A stretch of 64,000 nt of DNA. Source: Acidimicrobiales bacterium. Its GTDB lineage: Bacteria; Actinomycetota; Acidimicrobiia; Acidimicrobiales; Bog-793. The stretch is taken from positions 33,227-97,226 of the forward strand of contig JBKQHU010000145.1 in NCBI GenBank assembly GCA_052148655.1, read 5' to 3'. The notes beneath the pieces were generated by a model that searched no databases, was not told where the DNA came from, and worked only from the letters and a program-made list of their open reading frames with translations. Positions 60,883-64,000 of this stretch are shown in pieces (the stretch's first letter is position 1; every line of letters starts with the position of its first letter). The position numbers and the translations under genes are program-made.

Positions 60883-62489
60883 GACGCGGCCTCCGAAGGT
60901 GCGGCCAGGCCGCTCGCGACACCGAAGCCACGGGCATCGGTGAATATCCGGTTGCGCCCGAGGAGGATCACGAGGGGACGTGTGAACGTGTAAGCAGTTA
61001 TGACGTCGACGAGCGTGGAGAGCCCCAGCATGAATGCGAAGCCCCTCACGGCGCCGATAGACAGCAGCCAGAGCACGAGCGCCCCGAGGAACGACACGGC
61101 GTCAGCGGAAACGATCGTCCGATAGGCGCTCTTGAAGCCCCGGTCCACCGAGGACCGGACAGACCGGCCCGATCGCACTTCGTCCTTTAATCGCTCGAAA
61201 TAGACGACATAGGAGTCGACAGTGATGCCAACGGACACGATCAGGCCTGTCATGCCTGATAGGTCCAGCGTAAGGCCCGCTGAAGTCGCCCCGAGCAGGC
61301 AGATGATGGCGTATATCAATGCGCCCGTGCTCACGAGGCCCAGCACGACGACCACCCCGAGAGCCCTGTAGTAGAAGATCGTGTAGAGCATGACGAGGAT
61401 CAGGCCGAGCAGGCCCGCGAGCAGGCCGGCTTGCAGCGACTTCTTCCCGAGGGTCGGAGACACCGTCGTGTACGTGGCCTGGGTGAGCGCGATCGGGATC
61501 TGGCCGTACTTGAGGACGAGGGCGAGCGCCTGAGCCTGCGGCTGGGTGAAGTCGCCGCTGATCTCGCCGGAACCTCCGAAGCTCTGCGCGTTGATGGTCG
61601 GCGCGGATTCGACCACTCCGCCGAGATCGATCGCGAGCGGCAGGTGGTACTCCTTCTTGGCGATCGTGTCGAAGAACGCCGAGTACTGCGACTTGATCGT
61701 GAAGTTCACGACCCAGCCAGCGGTCGTCTGCAGCTCGGCGGTCGCCGAGGCGAGGATCTCGCCTGTCGCCGGCACGGTCCCGTCATAGGGCGTGGGCCCG
61801 AGCTCGTAGCGTTCCGGGCACGGGTTCGCCGTCGAGGCGCAGATGAGCACGACCCGCGACGCCTTGTCCTGGCTCGGCGGCGTGGTCGGCACCGAGTTGA
61901 GCGCCGGATCGGGCGCCGAGCCCGGGTTCGAGTCCTGAGAGGTGCTGTAGGTCCCCGTCGTGTAGAGGTAGGCGGACCCGCACGCAGGCGGCGCCACATA
62001 GGCCCCGCCGGTCTTCTTCGACTTGGGCACCGTCGTCGTTGTCGTCGACGTCGTGGTCGAACTTGTCGTGGCGGCCGTTGTCGTGGTCGTCTTCTTCGGT
62101 AGCGTCGTTGTCGTCGTGGTCGAGCTCGGCGCGGTGTAGGCGTTGGCGGCACAGAGCACGGGGCGGAAGAACAACTGGGCCGTGTTGCCAATCTCTTTGA
62201 TGACCGTCGAGAAGTTCTTCACGCCCGGGAGCTGCACGACGATGTTGCTGCCCTGGGTCCCGATGTTCGGGCTGGCGAGGCCGAGCCCGTTGGCGCGTGC
62301 CTGCATGATGGACACGACCGTCTGCAACTGGGCGGGTGTGGCCTTCTGGGCCGGCTGGAAGACGACCGAGAGGCCGCCTTCGAGGTCAAGGCCCAGCTTC
62401 GGCGACCATCCCGCCGCCATGACGCCTCCGAGTGCGCCGAAGCAGACGAGGCACACCAGAACAACACTCAACACCAGGTTCCGTCTCAA
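60879..62489 (-). CDS. secD: protein translocase subunit SecD with Thr-rich insertion
   Basis: SecD core (LDLEGGLSVVFQ, TVDSYVVYFERLKDE). Poly-Thr/Ser insertion at aa 122-160 (62010-62126). Confidence 0.9.
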   Translation of the reverse strand: MRRNLVLSVVLVCLVCFGALGGVMAAGWSPKLGLDLEGGLSVVFQPAQKATPAQLQTVVSIMQARANGLGLASPNIGTQGSNIVVQLPGVKNFSTVIKEIGNTAQLFFRPVLCAANAYTAPSSTTTTTTLPKKTTTTTAATTSSTTTSTTTTTVPKSKKTGGAYVAPPACGSAYLYTTGTYSTSQDSNPGSAPDPALNSVPTTPPSQDKASRVVLICASTANPCPERYELGPTPYDGTVPATGEILASATAELQTTAGWVVNFTIKSQYSAFFDTIAKKEYHLPLAIDLGGVVESAPTINAQSFGGSGEISGDFTQPQAQALALVLKYGQIPIALTQATYTTVSPTLGKKSLQAGLLAGLLGLILVMLYTIFYYRALGVVVVLGLVSTGALIYAIICLLGATSAGLTLDLSGMTGLIVSVGITVDSYVVYFERLKDEVRSGRSVRSSVDRGFKSAYRTIVSADAVSFLGALVLWLLSIGAVRGFAFMLGLSTLVDVITAYTFTRPLVILLGRNRIFTDARGFGVASGLAAPSEAAS

Positions 62490-63040
62490 CGGTTACTGCC
62501 TCCGCTCCCATTGCCTCCCGGACCGTTGCTGTCGCCATCCTCATGGGAATCCGGCGACTTGTCCGCTTCGAGAGGCGGCACCGAGTACGGATCATGATCG
62601 GACTCGTCGACGAGGTCGTCATGGCCGTGAGCGTCGAAGGGAGAGTTGCCCGGATAGGCGCCCGCAGCGTCGGTCCCTTCCTCGACGCGCTGGGACACTG
62701 CCGCCCGTAGCACCTCTATAACCGTCCCGGGGGCGATCTCGATCCTCGCGTGGTCGCCCACGAAGCCTTCGACCCGACCGAGGATGCCCGACGACAGCAT
62801 CACCTTGTCGCCGACGGAGATCTGCTTTCCCAATTGGAGCTGACGCTGGCGCCGCTGGCGCTGCGGGCGGATCAGGAACATGTAGCCGACTCCGAAGAGC
62901 AAGACGAAGAAAATCAGCGTGAAAGAGCTGCTGGACTTCTTTGCGGCAGCCGCCGCGACAAGGCCCGTGAGGGCTGCCAGATTGTGGGGGCTGGAAAACG
63001 CGAGCACGTGGACGAGCAACATGGGAGGCCTATCGATCAA
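62486..63040 (-). CDS. yajC: preprotein translocase subunit YajC with acidic C-terminal extension
   Basis: FLIRPQRQRRQ...GDKVMLSSGILGRV is the YajC core, followed by about 70 aa rich in D/E/H/G. Alternative start at 63022. Confidence 0.8.
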   Translation of the reverse strand: MIDRPPMLLVHVLAFSSPHNLAALTGLVAAAAAKKSSSSFTLIFFVLLFGVGYMFLIRPQRQRRQRQLQLGKQISVGDKVMLSSGILGRVEGFVGDHARIEIAPGTVIEVLRAAVSQRVEEGTDAAGAYPGNSPFDAHGHDDLVDESDHDPYSVPPLEADKSPDSHEDGDSNGPGGNGSGGSNR

Positions 63041-63073
63041 GGAATGATGCGACGCATCACCTTAGTCGCCCGT

Positions 63074-64000
63074 TCAGGAGTCCTCCGTGCAAGCCTCCCC
63101 GTCGTCCCCCGAGCTGAACAGGACGTCTTGCACAGCGCCGTGCCCCCGGCCCGCCCGCGACGACGCCGAGGCCGACTGGTCAGGATCCAAGGCCGAGAGA
63201 AAGCTCAACGATTGCGCCGGGATCGCCAGGCCCAGATGCTCGTAGGCATTGGGGGCGGCGACTCTTCCCCGGGGCGTGCGCATGATCAGGCCCGCCTGGA
63301 GCAGGAACGGTTCGTACACGTCCTCGACCGTCTCCGGCTCCTCGCCGACGCTGACGGCCAGCGTCGAGAGCCCGACGGGCCGACCGGAGAAACGGACGCA
63401 GAGCACCTCGAGTATGTGCCGGTCGATGGCGTCCAGTCCGAGCCCGTCGACTCCGAAGACCGTCAGGCCCTCGCGCGCCGCCTCCTCGGTGATCACACCG
63501 GAGCCGCGGACCTCGACGAAGTCCCGCACGCGGCGAAGCAGCCGAATCGCCAGGCGGGGCGTGCCCCGGGAGCGCCGGGCGATCTCGGTCGCCCCCCCGG
63601 GCGTCAGCTCCACCCCGAACAGCTCGCCGGTGCGATGGACGATCATCTCGAGCTCGCCCTCGCTGTAGAGCTCGAGACGCGCGACGATGCCGAAGCGGTC
63701 GCGAAGCGGTCCGGTTATGAGGCCCGTGCGGGTCGTCGCGCCCACGAGCGTGAACTTGGGCAGGTCCAACCGGATCGAGCGCGCAGTCGGCCCGCGGCCG
63801 AGCACGATGTCGAGCTGGAAGTCCTCCATCGCCGGGTACAAGAGCTCCTCGACGGCTCGCCCCATGCGGTGGATCTCATCGATGAAGAGCAGGTCGCCGG
63901 GCTGAAGATCAGTCAGGATGGCTGCAACGTCCCCGCTTCTCACCAGCGCCGGGCCGGAGGTGATCCGCAGGCCCGCACCCATCTCACAAGCGAGGATGCC
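63074..64000 (-). CDS. ruvB: Holliday junction helicase RuvB (N-terminus beyond window)
   Basis: [17 protein letters not shown] and the winged-helix C-terminus. The frame stays open to base 64000 (...[17 protein letters not shown]). Confidence 0.9.
   Translation of the reverse strand, partial: GILACEMGAGLRITSGPALVRSGDVAAILTDLQPGDLLFIDEIHRMGRAVEELLYPAMEDFQLDIVLGRGPTARSIRLDLPKFTLVGATTRTGLITGPLRDRFGIVARLELYSEGELEMIVHRTGELFGVELTPGGATEIARRSRGTPRLAIRLLRRVRDFVEVRGSGVITEEAAREGLTVFGVDGLGLDAIDRHILEVLCVRFSGRPVGLSTLAVSVGEEPETVEDVYEPFLLQAGLIMRTPRGRVAAPNAYEHLGLAIPAQSLSFLSALDPDQSASASSRAGRGHGAVQDVLFSSGDDGEACTEDS

Noticed and set aside
61924-61935. GGGTTCGAGTCC, a tRNA T-arm-like string.
   Set aside because: The flanks cannot form the 5-bp T stem (CCGGG vs CCTGA), and it lies inside the secD coding sequence. 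No tRNA cloverleaf was found anywhere in the window.

Overview
High-GC actinobacterial chromosome segment. Most of it is conserved housekeeping. It holds a complete Pup-proteasome locus on the minus strand, in the order arc, dop, pup, prcB, prcA, pafA. Downstream on that strand are lepB, tatA/B, tatC and a Ski2/HelY-like helicase. A co-linear pentose-phosphate operon (tkt-tal-pgi-gnd-zwf-pgl) runs directly into the F420 FO synthase gene fbiC. Also present are gltBD, thiD, serS, secDF-yajC, the 3' part of ruvB, trmI, a ferredoxin, a TetR/desaturase pair, a tandem ThyX-like gene, DUF4193, HtrA, and c-di-GMP genes (HD-GYP and PAS-GAF-GGDEF-EAL). No tRNA, rRNA or CRISPR array was recognised. Two stretches look accessory. 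(1) Bases 1 to about 3300 carry an integrated plasmid/AICE-like replication module. It is a tightly overlapping minus-strand operon of a small ORF, a protein with four tandem CCHC zinc knuckles, an HUH rolling-circle Rep and a small HTH protein. It is followed by a visibly more AT-rich unknown gene and a convergent gene that is cut off at the window edge. No integrase or transfer gene is visible in the window. (2) Bases about 6870-9200 hold a 5'-truncated tyrosine-recombinase remnant and an HD-GYP gene. The upstream reading frame of that gene is interrupted by a single in-frame TAA, and about 650 bp of AT-richer, poorly coding DNA follows. Other points worth a second look are a DEAD-box helicase with a C-terminal cold-shock domain and a 46-codon micro-ORF translationally coupled to a PIG-L deacetylase. 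There is also a plus-strand gene embedded antisense between prcA and pafA, and a thioredoxin-reductase-like fusion lacking the CxxC motif. All family assignments come from motif recognition by eye. No database search or computation was run.
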